Of a DNA stretch of 64,000 nucleotides, positions 30,492 through 40,969 are shown in pieces. The notes under the pieces are model-generated. The model searched no databases. It was not told where the DNA came from and worked only from the letters and a program-made list of their open reading frames with translations. The stretch comes from an uncultured Candidatus Binatia bacterium (GTDB lineage: Bacteria > Desulfobacterota > Binatia > UBA9968 > CAXXLF01). The translations under genes and the position numbers were made by a program. Position 1 is the first letter of the stretch. Each line of letters opens with the position of its first letter. The stretch is from NCBI GenBank assembly GCA_965218425.1, contig OZ244621.1, positions 3,136,001-3,200,000 of the forward strand, read 5' to 3'.

Positions 30492-31395
30492 TCCATCCAT
30501 TGATTCGTTTCTCAACATGCTGGCGGTGGAGAAGGGACTCGCCCGAAATACGTTGGAGGCCTATAGTCGGGATCTCAATAGGCTCGCAAGTTACTTGCAA
30601 GCCAAAGGAGTTGAGTCCTGGCCCGAGGGACACGGCGGCCACTTACGCATGTACTTTGCCTCACTTCGGGAGGCCGGACTGGGTGTCCGTTCCATCACCC
30701 GTAACCTGGTTGCCCTGCGCCAGTTTTACGGCTTTTTGGAGAAGGAACGGACCATTCAAGAAAATCCGGTTCCCCGTCTATTATTGCCATTGGAATCAAG
30801 AAGGCTCCCCACCACGTTGGCATACGACGATGTGGAAAAACTATTGAATCAGCCGAACCCATCTACATCCTTAGGGTTGAGAGATCGGGCCATGCTAGAG
30901 TTTCTTTACGCCACGGGTCTGCGAGTCTCAGAGTTGGTTTCGCTGCGCGCTGGGCAGATCAATCTCGAAGGGGACTACTTGACTGTGCGTGGAAAGGGAG
31001 GGAAAGTTCGAGTATTGCCATTTGGAAGATGGGCTGAAGAGAAACTTCGTGTCTACCTGAGGGAGGCGAGGCCAAGGTTGCTCCAGGGGCGTACCAGTAC
31101 CGTATTGTTCCTGACCCGTTCCGGCAAGGCTTTGACCCGTCAGGGCTTTTGGAAGCTGATTCGTCGCTATGCCCTGGCGGCAGGCATCGAAAGAAAAGTA
31201 ACTCCCCATACTTTGCGCCACTCTTTTGCCACTCACCTGCTAGAGAGAGGAGCCGACCTGCGCGCCGTCCAATCCATGTTGGGACATTCGGATATTAGCA
31301 CCACTCAAATCTATACCCATGTTAACCGGGCCCACTTAAAGCGGGTGCATCGACGGTTCCATCCGCGTGAGCGTAACGATGGCACCGGGGGGTGA
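30475..31395 (+). CDS. xerD: Site-specific tyrosine recombinase XerD
   Basis: LYATGLRVSEL, HTLRHSFATHLL, LGHSDISTTQIY motifs. Confidence 0.96.
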   Translation: MPESLSPSIDSFLNMLAVEKGLARNTLEAYSRDLNRLASYLQAKGVESWPEGHGGHLRMYFASLREAGLGVRSITRNLVALRQFYGFLEKERTIQENPVPRLLLPLESRRLPTTLAYDDVEKLLNQPNPSTSLGLRDRAMLEFLYATGLRVSELVSLRAGQINLEGDYLTVRGKGGKVRVLPFGRWAEEKLRVYLREARPRLLQGRTSTVLFLTRSGKALTRQGFWKLIRRYALAAGIERKVTPHTLRHSFATHLLERGADLRAVQSMLGHSDISTTQIYTHVNRAHLKRVHRRFHPRERNDGTGG

Positions 31396-31460
31396 GCGGA
31401 AATACCCAATTTAACTGCTCTTTCCTTGTCTTTTGGTATCGAGTACCGTATTAATTAACG

Positions 31461-32132
31461 ATGGTTGCCGAGTATGTGCAGCAGATATCTATTTGGGCCA
31501 TACCTGTTTTAATCGCCATTGTGTTCCATGAGGTTGCCCATGGTTGGGTAGCGTTTAGGCTGGGCGATCCAACAGCAGCACGCATGGGGCGCCTCACCCT
31601 GAACCCGATTTCTCACATAGATCTCTTCGGTACCGTCATTTTCCCCCTGCTATTGATAATTGCTCGCGCCCCATTTTTGTTTGGCTACGCCAAACCGGTG
31701 CCCGTGAATTTCCTTAATCTACGCAATCCCAAAAAGGACATGGTCTGGGTTGCTTTGGCCGGTCCGGCTACCAACATCATTTTAGCGTTCGTAAGCTTTT
31801 TGTTGCTTAAGATCCTCGTCTCGTTGGAACTTCCCCGGGATGGATCCTTTGCTTCTACCGTCGTGATCCCCCTGATTTATATGCTTCGTGCCAGCGCCAG
31901 TATCAATATCGTGTTGGCTGTCTTTAACACTTTTCCCGTCCCACCCTTGGATGGGGGCAGGGTCTTGGTAGGGCTCTTGCCGGAACCCCATTCCACCACG
32001 GTGGCACGGGTCGAACCTTATGGGTTTTTAATTATCCTGGTGCTACTGATGAGCCATCTACTGGACGCCGTTCTATTCCCAATGGTCCGATTTGTGGATC
32101 TGTTTCTCAGGTTGATGGTTGGATTGGCATAG
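31461..32132 (+). CDS. Site-2 protease family (M50) membrane metalloprotease
   Basis: HEVAHG, AGPATN and PPLDG motifs. Confidence 0.93.
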   Translation: MVAEYVQQISIWAIPVLIAIVFHEVAHGWVAFRLGDPTAARMGRLTLNPISHIDLFGTVIFPLLLIIARAPFLFGYAKPVPVNFLNLRNPKKDMVWVALAGPATNIILAFVSFLLLKILVSLELPRDGSFASTVVIPLIYMLRASASINIVLAVFNTFPVPPLDGGRVLVGLLPEPHSTTVARVEPYGFLIILVLLMSHLLDAVLFPMVRFVDLFLRLMVGLA

Positions 32133-32143
32133 GTCATAGGAAA

Positions 32144-33121
32144 ATGGATACGATCGTAAGCGGCACACGTCCCACAGGGTCCCTCCATTTGGGTCACCTT
32201 CATGGCGCCCTGTTAAACTGGTTGCAGTTACAGGACAAGTACCGGTGTTTTTTTTTCGTCGCCGATTGGCATGCCCTCACCACCGATTATCTCTCTCCTC
32301 AGGGCGTCAAGGCCAATACGGTAGAAATGGTGTTGGACTGGTTGTCCGTTGGTTTAGATCCAAAGCAATCCGTCCTATTTCGCCAGTCCGATATCAAGGA
32401 GCACAGCGAGCTTCATCTTTTGCTCTCTATGATTACGCCCGTTCCTTGGTTGGAGCGTAATCCTACCTACAAGGAGCAGATGCGAGAGATGGAAGGTCGG
32501 GACCTTTCCACATACGGGTTCTTGGGGTATCCGGTTTTGCAGGCGGCTGATATTATTATGTACAAGGCCAACAAGGTTCCGGTGGGTGTCGACCAGGCGC
32601 CCCATGTTGAGCTCACCCGTGAAATCGTCCGCCGGTTTAATCAGGTCTATGGACCCGTTTTTCCGGAACCGGAGGTCCTTTTGACAAAGACTCAGAGGCT
32701 ACCCGGTCTGGATGGACGTAAGATGAGTAAAAGTTACAATAACGCCGTCTTTCTTTCGGATCCCCCCAAGGAGATCGATAAAAAGCTGAGTCGCATGATC
32801 ACCGATCCCGCACGGATGAGAAGGAACGATCCAGGTGATCCTGAAAAGTGTCCTGCCTTTGAGCTTCACAAAGTTTACTCCACGCCCCAGGAAATCGAAG
32901 AGGTGTCTCGAGGGTGCCGTACGGCGAAGATCGGTTGCCTGGATTGCAAAAAGATCATGATCAAGCACGTCATCTCGCAGTTGGAACCGTTCCAGGAAAA
33001 GAGGTCGGATTATGCAGGCCGGCCGGGCTATGTGGATGATGTACTAGCCGAGGGGAATCAAACCGCAAAAAAAGTGGCAGTTAAAACCATGGAAGAAGTA
33101 AGGGATGCACTCTCTCTGTGA
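32144..33121 (+). CDS. trpS: Tryptophan--tRNA ligase
   Basis: HLGH, YPVLQAADI and KMSKS motifs. Confidence 0.98.
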   Translation: MDTIVSGTRPTGSLHLGHLHGALLNWLQLQDKYRCFFFVADWHALTTDYLSPQGVKANTVEMVLDWLSVGLDPKQSVLFRQSDIKEHSELHLLLSMITPVPWLERNPTYKEQMREMEGRDLSTYGFLGYPVLQAADIIMYKANKVPVGVDQAPHVELTREIVRRFNQVYGPVFPEPEVLLTKTQRLPGLDGRKMSKSYNNAVFLSDPPKEIDKKLSRMITDPARMRRNDPGDPEKCPAFELHKVYSTPQEIEEVSRGCRTAKIGCLDCKKIMIKHVISQLEPFQEKRSDYAGRPGYVDDVLAEGNQTAKKVAVKTMEEVRDALSL

Positions 33122-33152
33122 CGGTCAGACCTCTAAGGGGGGAAGACAAGCC

Positions 33153-33926
33153 ATGCCCATGAATGTTCAACTGGAAGTCTATGAGGGGCCACTGGACCTC
33201 CTGCTTCATCTAATAAAGAAGAGTGAAGTTAGCATTGGAGATATCCCCATTGCACCGATTACCCAGCAATACCTGGAGACGCTGGAGGTCATGCGAAGCC
33301 TAAATCTGGATATTGCCGGTGAGTTTCTGATCATGGCGTCCACGCTGATCCATATCAAATCGCGGATGTTGCTCCCTCCTGAAGAGGGGGACGAAGACGA
33401 AGATGACGGGGGAGATCCAAGAGAGGAGCTGGTTCGAAGGCTACTGGAGTATCAGAAGTACAAAGAGGCTTCGGAGGAGCTGGCAAACCGTGAGTTATTA
33501 AATCGCGATGTTTTCACCCGGTCATCGGAGGTGGCGACGGACGTTGAGCCGGAGGCGTTGGTGAAGGTCTCCCTTTTCGACCTGATCGCGGCATTTCGCC
33601 GGGTCCTGGAGAGCTTGCCCGAAGAGGGCGTTCACCAGGTAACAGTGGAGGAGATCTCGGTTCGCGAAAAAATGAGTTTCATCCTGGACGTATTGCATCG
33701 CAACACAAAAGTGGTATTCCATTCCCTCTTTGAGGACGCAACCTCGAGAATCCAGGTGGTGGTCACTTTCCTGGCACTGCTGGAGCTTATAAAGATGCGG
33801 GCCATCTCGGTCTCTCAGGAAGAACGTTTGGGCCCCATCATGGTGGAAGAGGCGGCGTCCTTTGATGATACGGAGGAAAAGGTGGCCGGAGAGGAAACGG
33901 AAGGGGAAAATGGCCATGGAACGTGA
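33153..33926 (+). CDS. scpA: Segregation/condensation protein A
   Basis: EGPLDLLLHLI and VVVTFLALLEL motifs. Confidence 0.96.
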   Translation: MPMNVQLEVYEGPLDLLLHLIKKSEVSIGDIPIAPITQQYLETLEVMRSLNLDIAGEFLIMASTLIHIKSRMLLPPEEGDEDEDDGGDPREELVRRLLEYQKYKEASEELANRELLNRDVFTRSSEVATDVEPEALVKVSLFDLIAAFRRVLESLPEEGVHQVTVEEISVREKMSFILDVLHRNTKVVFHSLFEDATSRIQVVVTFLALLELIKMRAISVSQEERLGPIMVEEAASFDDTEEKVAGEETEGENGHGT

Positions 33927-34515
33927 GAGATTGAAGTCTGTTATTGAGAGCCTCCTGTTTGTATCTGACGCGACACTCAATCTGGACCGGTTAAGCGCAG
34001 CCATTGAAGGAGTTGAGAAGAAAGAGATCCTTTCCGCCCTTCAGGATCTCCAGTCCGATTATGCGACTCAGGATCGGGGAATCCGTGTGGTTGAGGTGGG
34101 AGGAGGATACCAGCTAAGGACTCCAAAGGAGAACGCGGATTGGATTCGGACATTGCTTCGGTCAAAAGCGGCAAGGATGAGTAAGCCCACCTTGGAAACC
34201 CTTGCCATCGTTGCTTACAAGCAACCCATCACCCGGGGTGAGATCGAGCACATCCGTGGGGTCAGTGTCGATGGGATTATCGCAACACTTTTGGAAAGGC
34301 AGTGGATCCGTATCGTGGGGCGTAAAGACATTCCCGGAAAGCCCTTTCTCTACGGCACCACACGAGAATTCTTGGAACTGTTCAACCTCAAGGACTTGAC
34401 CGGATTGCCGACTCTTAGGGAGCTAGAAGAGATTGCCCAACCCGAGATCCCCGAGCAGAATATCCTACCGGTAGAAGAGTCAGAAGTAGACAGCAACGAA
34501 ACCAGTAACCAATAG
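33910..34515 (+). CDS. scpB: Segregation/condensation protein B
   Basis: LETLAIVAYKQPITRGEIEHIRGV and LYGTT motifs. Confidence 0.96.
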   Translation: MAMERERLKSVIESLLFVSDATLNLDRLSAAIEGVEKKEILSALQDLQSDYATQDRGIRVVEVGGGYQLRTPKENADWIRTLLRSKAARMSKPTLETLAIVAYKQPITRGEIEHIRGVSVDGIIATLLERQWIRIVGRKDIPGKPFLYGTTREFLELFNLKDLTGLPTLRELEEIAQPEIPEQNILPVEESEVDSNETSNQ

Positions 34516-34584
34516 TCAATATTCGGTAAGAGATAGTGAATCGTGATGAAAAAAACGGTTCACCCTGTGTCAGTGACTGATGCC

Positions 34585-35334
34585 ATGGAGCGTCTGCAGA
34601 AAATCATTGCCCGCGCCGGTTTCGCTTCTAGACGGGAAGCCGAGGGGTGGATCCTCGAGGGGCGAGTGACGGTTAACGGCACAGTGGTTCACAAACTCGG
34701 CACCGTCGCTGATCCGAAAAAGGATAAAGTAAAAGTCGATGGCAGGCTTGTTCTTCTATCGCAGAAGCGCTTTTACTTCTCATTTCATAAGCCGGTGAAG
34801 ATGATAACTTCCATGGGGGATCCAAAGGGCCGTGCCAACTTAGGAGACTGGTTGAAACCCCTTGGAAAAGACAGGCGGGTGTTTCCTGCGGGACGATTGG
34901 ACTACAATTCCTCCGGCCTTCTTCTTCTAACGAACCATGGTGAGCTGGCTTACCGGTTAAGCCACCCCCGCTATGAGGTGAAAAAGGTATACGAAGTCAA
35001 AGTCAATGGTGTGCCCACAGAGCGAGATCTCAAACGATTGCGAGCTGGCATCTCCCTCCAGGAAGGGGTCACTTCCCCTGCCACGGTACGAATCCTGAAG
35101 CGGTTGAGAAAGAAAAGCTGGTTAGAAATAGAGCTCCACGAGGGGCGGTATAGGGAGGTCCGGCGAATGTTTGAGGCCTTGGGCTACACCGTGGAAAAAT
35201 TGGTGCGAACCCGATTTGGTCCCATCCGGCTGGGCTCGCTATCGGTGGGTAAGCTCCATCCTCTCACATCCCGGGAAGTCGAATCGCTGCAAAGGGCGGT
35301 GGGCCTTTACACCAAACACGAGTCCCGCTCTTGA
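34585..35334 (+). CDS. rluB: 23S rRNA pseudouridine synthase (RluB-type)
   Basis: S4 domain RLQKIIA..SRR; GRLDYNSSGLLLLTN. Confidence 0.92.
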   Translation: MERLQKIIARAGFASRREAEGWILEGRVTVNGTVVHKLGTVADPKKDKVKVDGRLVLLSQKRFYFSFHKPVKMITSMGDPKGRANLGDWLKPLGKDRRVFPAGRLDYNSSGLLLLTNHGELAYRLSHPRYEVKKVYEVKVNGVPTERDLKRLRAGISLQEGVTSPATVRILKRLRKKSWLEIELHEGRYREVRRMFEALGYTVEKLVRTRFGPIRLGSLSVGKLHPLTSREVESLQRAVGLYTKHESRS

Positions 35335-35382
35335 GCACGGAACACTTTTTCGGATTCCCAATCAGGAATTCTCGATCTAGGA

Positions 35383-35692
35383 TTAGTCCTCTTCCTCGCT
35401 TTTAGGCTTTTTCTTGCCCTCCATCCAGGACCAGAGTTGCACGGGAATGCTCACATCGACAAGGAGAGGACCCAAGCAAAAACGGTGGTATCGGGTGCGG
35501 GGCACGCCACCAAGGCCAGGCAACCAGACAGGCCAGGTATGACGGGAAGGGAACAGGTGCCACGGAGGGTTTGTTTGGCTCCGGCGTCCGTGAACCACAC
35601 CGCATTGAGCACGATCCCCACACAGCCGGCACCGCCAGAATAAGAAAGACAATCCAGCGGATAATATCACTCGTTTCTATTAGTATATTCAT
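35383..35692 (-). pseudogene. Small membrane protein with two apparent frameshifts
   Basis: Stitching three frames gives a coherent 3-TM protein MNILIETSDIIRWIVFLILAVPAVWGIVLNAVWF...PVIPGLSGCLALVACP...AWV/LLVDVSIPVQLWSW... Confidence 0.5.
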
Positions 35693-35752
35693 CGGAATTT
35701 CCTAAGTTAACGCTCAATAGCCCTATTCTGGTCTCGCCAGGGTGCCCCCAGT

Positions 35753-35952
35753 GAAAATTCTAATTTCGAAGCACGAAATCCTAAACAAATCCAAAATCTC
35801 AAATCAATAATTCTCAAAACAGTTTACGAGTCTTCTGGCGTTGCTCTCAAGGACGAAAAGCGGAGCGTTTACGGTAGACTGGTTGATGCTTTTGTTTTGC
35901 ATTTTGGTGATTCGAATTTGTTTCGAATTTCGGATATCGAGATTGTTGTTTT
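35753..35952. repeat. Heptamer-stutter inverted repeat (AATTTCG/CGAAATC type)
   Basis: AATTTCGAAGCACGAAATCCTAAACAAATCC ... TTCGAATTTGTTTCGAATTTCGGATATCGAGATT. Confidence 0.75.
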
Positions 35953-36014
35953 TATTCATACTTGGCGTCCTTTGCGTCCTTGCGCGAGTCATTTTTTCAT
36001 GCTTGCGTGGGACG

Positions 36015-36488
36015 TTAGATATATCTCCACTCGCTAAACATCGCCGCCTGCCCGCAGTATTCGCCAGCCTCATTGATCAGGTTCCATACCGTTGCCTTTT
36101 CGATCATGAACCTTCGCCCATTTGCGGATATCCGCACACCCTGGTAATCATCGATAAATCCATGAACCGTAACTTCAGCTAGCAAGCGTTTGCGTTCCTC
36201 CTGCGTCGAGGGTTCGGCTGTTTGTCGTGACGGCATTGACGTGAATTTCTCCCAGGACACTTCCCAGAGATTCAGGGCGGTCTGATTCCCATAGTTTAGA
36301 ATGGGATTCTCAGAGGTGTCGTGGGACGCCACGGCAAAGGGAGCATAAAACAGCTCTCGGGCCTGTTGTTCCGCAGTTTCTATCTCTTCCATGATGTCAC
36401 GGCCGGTCCAGTGCTTAAAACTCCGAAGCAGCGGGTCAACGTGGTTCTTCAAGTAGTGATTCTCTATGCTTGGCCTGGGAAAGCCCAT
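36015..36488 (-). CDS. MEKHLA domain-containing protein
   Basis: APFAVASH, PILNYGN..AL.LW, GVRISANGRRF.I...VWNL motifs. Confidence 0.9.
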   Translation of the reverse strand: MGFPRPSIENHYLKNHVDPLLRSFKHWTGRDIMEEIETAEQQARELFYAPFAVASHDTSENPILNYGNQTALNLWEVSWEKFTSMPSRQTAEPSTQEERKRLLAEVTVHGFIDDYQGVRISANGRRFMIEKATVWNLINEAGEYCGQAAMFSEWRYI

Positions 36489-36515
36489 GATTCGCAGCAA
36501 TCAAGCCGAAACCGC

Positions 36516-36875
36516 TCAGCCCATCATGTTGAAAAAGAGTTGTCTGGTTTTATGGCGTCGGTCTATTTTGGCTCGACCCATTGCTACCAGGACATAGAGG
36601 ACATTCAAGGCTTCCAGAGAGGATCCCACGAGCTTTGGATTTCGCGATCGTTTGTACAGGGATTGAGCGGTCACGCCCTGCTTTCCTTTGGTGAGACGCC
36701 CAACGTATTTGACGGCGTCAAGATCCACTGCGTTGAAATAGCCGGCCTTCGGTTTTGAACGGGAAAAGGAAAAAACAAGGAAGAGCTTGGGTCCTTCAAA
36801 GACGTAATAGGCCTGTTTTTGGCCTTGTACCTTGCCTCTTAAGGACAATCCGGAGCTTAGGCTTTTGATGTTCAT
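36516..36875 (-). CDS. Hypothetical basic protein (~119 aa)
   Basis: Clean ORF from ATG 36875 with SD GGAGGA. Confidence 0.65.
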   Translation of the reverse strand: MNIKSLSSGLSLRGKVQGQKQAYYVFEGPKLFLVFSFSRSKPKAGYFNAVDLDAVKYVGRLTKGKQGVTAQSLYKRSRNPKLVGSSLEALNVLYVLVAMGRAKIDRRHKTRQLFFNMMG

Positions 36876-36919
36876 AGGTCCTCCTGTGGGGTCGCTGACG
36901 CGGTTCGGTGGTAATCTCG

Positions 36920-37317
36920 TTACCCTCTCTGCAAGTACTTCCGCCAAGGGGTCCAGTAGTAAGACTCCCACCCTTTGTTTACGCCGTTATAGTCTTGGCC
37001 GGGGACATCCAGATGGAGCAGGTCGATTCGTCCCTCGTTCCCTTGAGGGGTAAAGCATAGAGGATCAAGGTGGAATCAGGATCTTCAGGTTTGAAGGCTA
37101 TTGACCTCCAAGATTGCACGATGGGACTTGGTTTGGTGACGGCGGGGATCTGGCCTGATAGTTTCCCTTCGAAGGCGTGAAATTCAGAACCCGGTCCCTC
37201 GGCGATGGTCACGGGCGCACCGGTAATAGCGCCGTGGACTCGGGGATCTAGATAGGATTGAAAGAGTTGGTCCGCCGGGGCTGGAAGAACCACACTTTGA
37301 CGAATCACGTTCCGCAT
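36920..37317 (-). pseudogene. Frameshifted SRPBCC/AHSA1-like protein
   Basis: IVQSWRS...DSTLIL then, in another frame, FTPQGNEGRIDLLHLDVP...GWESYYWTPWRKYL*. Confidence 0.85.
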
Positions 37318-37479
37318 GGTTGGGCTCCCGTTTAGGTTCTATGATAGAGCAGTAGTCCGCTCTGTATCCACATTAAGAGAGATTCAGAGATATAGGAATG
37401 ATATCACTTTTCTTGGTCCGAGGCACCCTCGGATTACGGCCAGCCGCCGGTTCGGATGGCGATGCCTGTCATGCGGATT

Positions 37480-37750
37480 CCTCTCAATCATGGGCTCAAG
37501 CAAGTGCGATTGCTGTCCTGCCCCCGTGGGCTTTAGCCTTGACCATGACTCGATGTTTTTCATCCACCACTGCCAATCCGTTGTAGCCCTGAACCACTGC
37601 GTGGTTCGTCCACATCTTGGCGCTTTGGGGATCGGTGGTGTTGCTCTTGGGCTCGGTAGCACTGGAGCCGATGTTGTTGAGGCTGGAGTTCGGAAAACTC
37701 TTAATCTTCCCAATCTTGCGCTTGCAGGGGGCCGGTTTCTCGTCCTGTCC
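37480..37750 (-). pseudogene. IS1182-family transposase fragment
   Basis: Minus-strand frame KSNTTDPQSAKMWTNHAVVQGYNGLAVVDEKHRVMVKAKAHG, then shifted GQQSHLLEPMIE. Confidence 0.75.
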
Positions 37751-37968
37751 TGCGGCCCCTGGGACTCAGCTTCTCCTTGGCGTCTCTACCCCGATGACCG
37801 GCTACTTCCGTTGCTTGTTCCGTAGCTCATCATTGCTAATCAGACCTTTGTCCGAGTTTTGCTCAAGAACAAGCGCATGCAAGCCCCAAAGGCCGCCAAG
37901 AACGCAGACCTCTGGGGCTTGAAATGGTTGGGTGAGTTAGGAGCTTTAGGCTTTGGGCTTAAGCTGAT

Positions 37969-39468
37969 TTAATCCTGGATGTCCAGTCGGGTTATGGGAA
38001 AACGGAGTTTTCGCAGGGCCTTTTGCTCGATCTGGCGAATACGTTCGCGCGTGATGGAGAACTTTTCTCCCAATTCTTCCAGGGTGTAATTTCGAGCTTG
38101 GCCGATTCCGAAACGAAAACGGAGCACGGTTTCCTCACGTGGAGTCAGCGTGGCAAGAGCCTTCTTCACCTGCATGTAAAGATTGGATTTTAAAGTCGCT
38201 TCCATGGGATTTGGAATGATCTTGTCCTCCACGAAATCCCCCAAACGACTTTCACCGTCATCTCCAATGGGAGTTTCCAAAGACACCGGCTCCCTGGCAA
38301 TCCTGGTGAGTTTGCGGATCTCCTCTTTGGAGACATCCATCTCAGTGGCGATTTCCTCGGGTAAAGGATCTCGGCCAAGTTTTCGGTGCAAGGAGCGATG
38401 AGTCCGGATCAGCTTGTTCCTGGTCTCGATCATGTGGACCGGGATACGAATGGTAGGCGCCGAATCAATGATGCCCCGGGTAATGGCCTGGCGAATCCAC
38501 CACCCCGCGTAGGTGGAAAATCGGTATCCCAGCCGGTAATCGAACTTCTCGGCTGCCCGCATGAGACCTACGTTCCCCTCCTGAATGAGGTCCAGGAACT
38601 GTAACCCGCGGTTTCCATATTTCTTTGCAAGACTTACCACTAGGCGTAAATTGGCCTCAACCAGTCCCTTTCTGGCAGAGCTGGTTTTGGTTTCCGCTTG
38701 CAGTATGGAGCCCACCTGACGTTGTAGCTCATCAGGTGGCAGCATTGTCTGGGCCTCAATTTGCCGCATCTTCAAAAGCAGGATTTCCTGCTCCTTTATT
38801 TGACGCGGTTTGGCTTCAACTCTTTGCTTCAGCTCGTTTAGGTGCGCAGCGAAAGTCTTTAACTGATCTGCGATATCCTCGATGCGGGACCTTGAGAGCC
38901 GGAGATCCGTTAAAACGGTTTTGATCTCTTGGCTTTTCTGGCTGATTTGTTTATCGAGATGAGTTCTTCTCTTTTTGGAAATGCGTTTCTTTGCCAGTTC
39001 GGAATCGATTTGGTCATAAGACCTGGCCAACCGGCGAAGCTTCATAATCCCATCGAGAAAGCGTTTCCGATCCTTCCCGTTTTCTCTGTACTCCTCTTCA
39101 CCGTCCGGTCCCGTCAACACATCGCTCAGTCCCAGTTCATTGTTTTTGATCTTGTTACCCACTTCAAGGGCGTAAGGCAAAGCAAGGGGAGTGGAGAGGA
39201 CTTTCTCCATAAATTCCGTTTGGCCCTCCTCCATTTGTTTGCCCAGCTTGACTTCCTGTTCTCTGGTGAGTAGGGGAATGGAGGAGATATCGCGGAAATA
39301 CATTCCAACGGGGTCAGTGCTCTTTTCCAAACTTTCCGGTTCGGATTTGGTTTCTTCCTCGAGCTCCTGGTCAACTTCCTCGGGAAGGAGGAGGTCATGC
39401 CCCTCCTCTATCTCTTCCATTGCGATATTTTCCGTCTCGTTTACTGGTTCGGTTAAGAACTTATCCAT
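37969..39468 (-). CDS. RpoD-like sigma70 paralog (regions 1.2, NCR, 2, 3, 4; no region 1.1)
   Basis: [39 protein letters not shown] and TRERIRQIE motifs. Confidence 0.93.
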   Translation of the reverse strand: MDKFLTEPVNETENIAMEEIEEGHDLLLPEEVDQELEEETKSEPESLEKSTDPVGMYFRDISSIPLLTREQEVKLGKQMEEGQTEFMEKVLSTPLALPYALEVGNKIKNNELGLSDVLTGPDGEEEYRENGKDRKRFLDGIMKLRRLARSYDQIDSELAKKRISKKRRTHLDKQISQKSQEIKTVLTDLRLSRSRIEDIADQLKTFAAHLNELKQRVEAKPRQIKEQEILLLKMRQIEAQTMLPPDELQRQVGSILQAETKTSSARKGLVEANLRLVVSLAKKYGNRGLQFLDLIQEGNVGLMRAAEKFDYRLGYRFSTYAGWWIRQAITRGIIDSAPTIRIPVHMIETRNKLIRTHRSLHRKLGRDPLPEEIATEMDVSKEEIRKLTRIAREPVSLETPIGDDGESRLGDFVEDKIIPNPMEATLKSNLYMQVKKALATLTPREETVLRFRFGIGQARNYTLEELGEKFSITRERIRQIEQKALRKLRFPITRLDIQD

Positions 39469-39750
39469 TGGCTACACCTCTGCTGCAGTTAAAAAGAGCG
39501 GTTCGTCCTTCTCTTTCAACAGGCTCGGTAGCCTGTGGTACCAGTGGTTATAATTCAAAGTGCACAGAAAGAAACTCACAAGCCGGATACCGCTGCAGCA
39601 CAGGCCGGTCTTTGAATCCTTTCGTGCAACTCACCTAAAGAGGTAGCTGGCAGCTAAAACGAGTTCTTGGAACTCATAGGGGCGTTAAAGTGACCCCGTA
39701 TGCTTCTTAGAGGAAGGTAACCCCTAATAATGACTGTTATTAATAGAAAT

Positions 39751-39778
39751 AATTTATACAAAATTTTTCGAATGTCAA
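39751..39778 (-). promoter_or_regulatory. sigma70-type promoter for the sigma paralog
   Basis: TTGACA-16 nt-TAAATT on the minus strand, ~280 nt upstream of the ATG. Confidence 0.6.
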
Positions 39779-40066
39779 TATACAATCGTCATATCCACCA
39801 TTCGACACCCATGACCAAAAAACCTTTATATATTAAAGCTTTACGGGTTAGCAGCGACGGGGCTGTGCCCCCACTCATTTCAACAAGCCGCTCGGGCCTA
39901 CCCCCCTGACCCCGGCTCGAGGGGGATTCCGCTAGGTTGGACCCAGTTTGGGTTCCCCCATCCGGCTTGATTCGGAAGGTAAAAGCTCTGCCCTTCGGAG
40001 TTGGTTTTGAAACAGGGGCTTCCCATTTTTCTTGAAAGTGATACCTTTTTCGGAAATGAAGGTGCT

Positions 40067-40969
40067 ATGTTTTTCGTAAGTGTCATTATTCCCACCCATA
40101 ATCGCTGGCCAATGGTTGGCGAGGCCATCGAGTCTGTCATTAAACAGAGCTACAAGGATTTTGAAGTTATCGTGGTGGATGATGGATCGGATGATGAGAG
40201 TTTGAAGGGAATGGAAAAATTTGGTTCAAGCTTAAGCGTGCTGGTTCAGTCTAGACGAGGTGTGGCAGCGGCACGGAACTTCGGGGTGCGCCATTCCCGT
40301 GGAGCTTACCTGAGTTTTCTGGATTCTGATGACCTGTGGCAGCGCCATAAGCTCGAGAGGCAGGTTGCTTTCATGAAAGCGAATCCGGAGGTTCAGATTT
40401 GCCAGACGGAGGAAGTCTGGATTCGTAATGGTGTTAAGGTGAACCCCAAGAAAAGACATCAAAAACCGTCGGGTGACATCTTTCGTGCCAGCCTGGAACT
40501 CTGTCTAGTGAGTCCCTCCAGTGTAATGATGAAACGGGAACTGTATGAGCGAATGGACGGATTCGACGAATCCTTCGAAGTCTGTGAGGACTACGATCTG
40601 TGGCTTCGCATCGCTGTGGACACTCCGGTGTCGCTCATCCCCGAGCCCCTGGTTGTCAAAAGGGGAGGGCATAATGACCAGTTGTCACAGTCTACCTGGG
40701 GTCTAGATCGTTTTCGTGTGCAGTCAATAGAAAAACTCATTCGCTCGGGGCTGCGAGGAGAAAAAGGGCAGTGGGCCCTTGAGACTCTGGCCATGAAGGT
40801 GGCTGTGCTGGCCAAGGGTGCTCGGAAGAGAGGGTATGAAAGCGAGGCGAAAAAATATGAAGTCATTCTGGGAGAATTGACTGAGGAGATGGGGAATGAC
40901 AAATCAAGCGATTCTCGAATACGGAAAAGAGAGAGGAATACGAAACCAGACTCTCCAACGTTGGCTTGA
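40067..40969 (+). CDS. Family 2 glycosyltransferase
   Basis: VSVIIPTHNR, VVDDGS, FLDSDD and EDYDLWLR motifs. Confidence 0.93.
   Translation: MFFVSVIIPTHNRWPMVGEAIESVIKQSYKDFEVIVVDDGSDDESLKGMEKFGSSLSVLVQSRRGVAAARNFGVRHSRGAYLSFLDSDDLWQRHKLERQVAFMKANPEVQICQTEEVWIRNGVKVNPKKRHQKPSGDIFRASLELCLVSPSSVMMKRELYERMDGFDESFEVCEDYDLWLRIAVDTPVSLIPEPLVVKRGGHNDQLSQSTWGLDRFRVQSIEKLIRSGLRGEKGQWALETLAMKVAVLAKGARKRGYESEAKKYEVILGELTEEMGNDKSSDSRIRKRERNTKPDSPTLA

Noticed and set aside
30475..31395. Tyrosine recombinase as a prophage or island integrase
   Set aside because: Sequence and context (glnD-xerD-S2P-trpS-scpAB) fit chromosomal XerD
39870..39893. TTTCAACAAGCCGCT resembling an IS terminal repeat
   Set aside because: Single short degenerate match with no partner end identified
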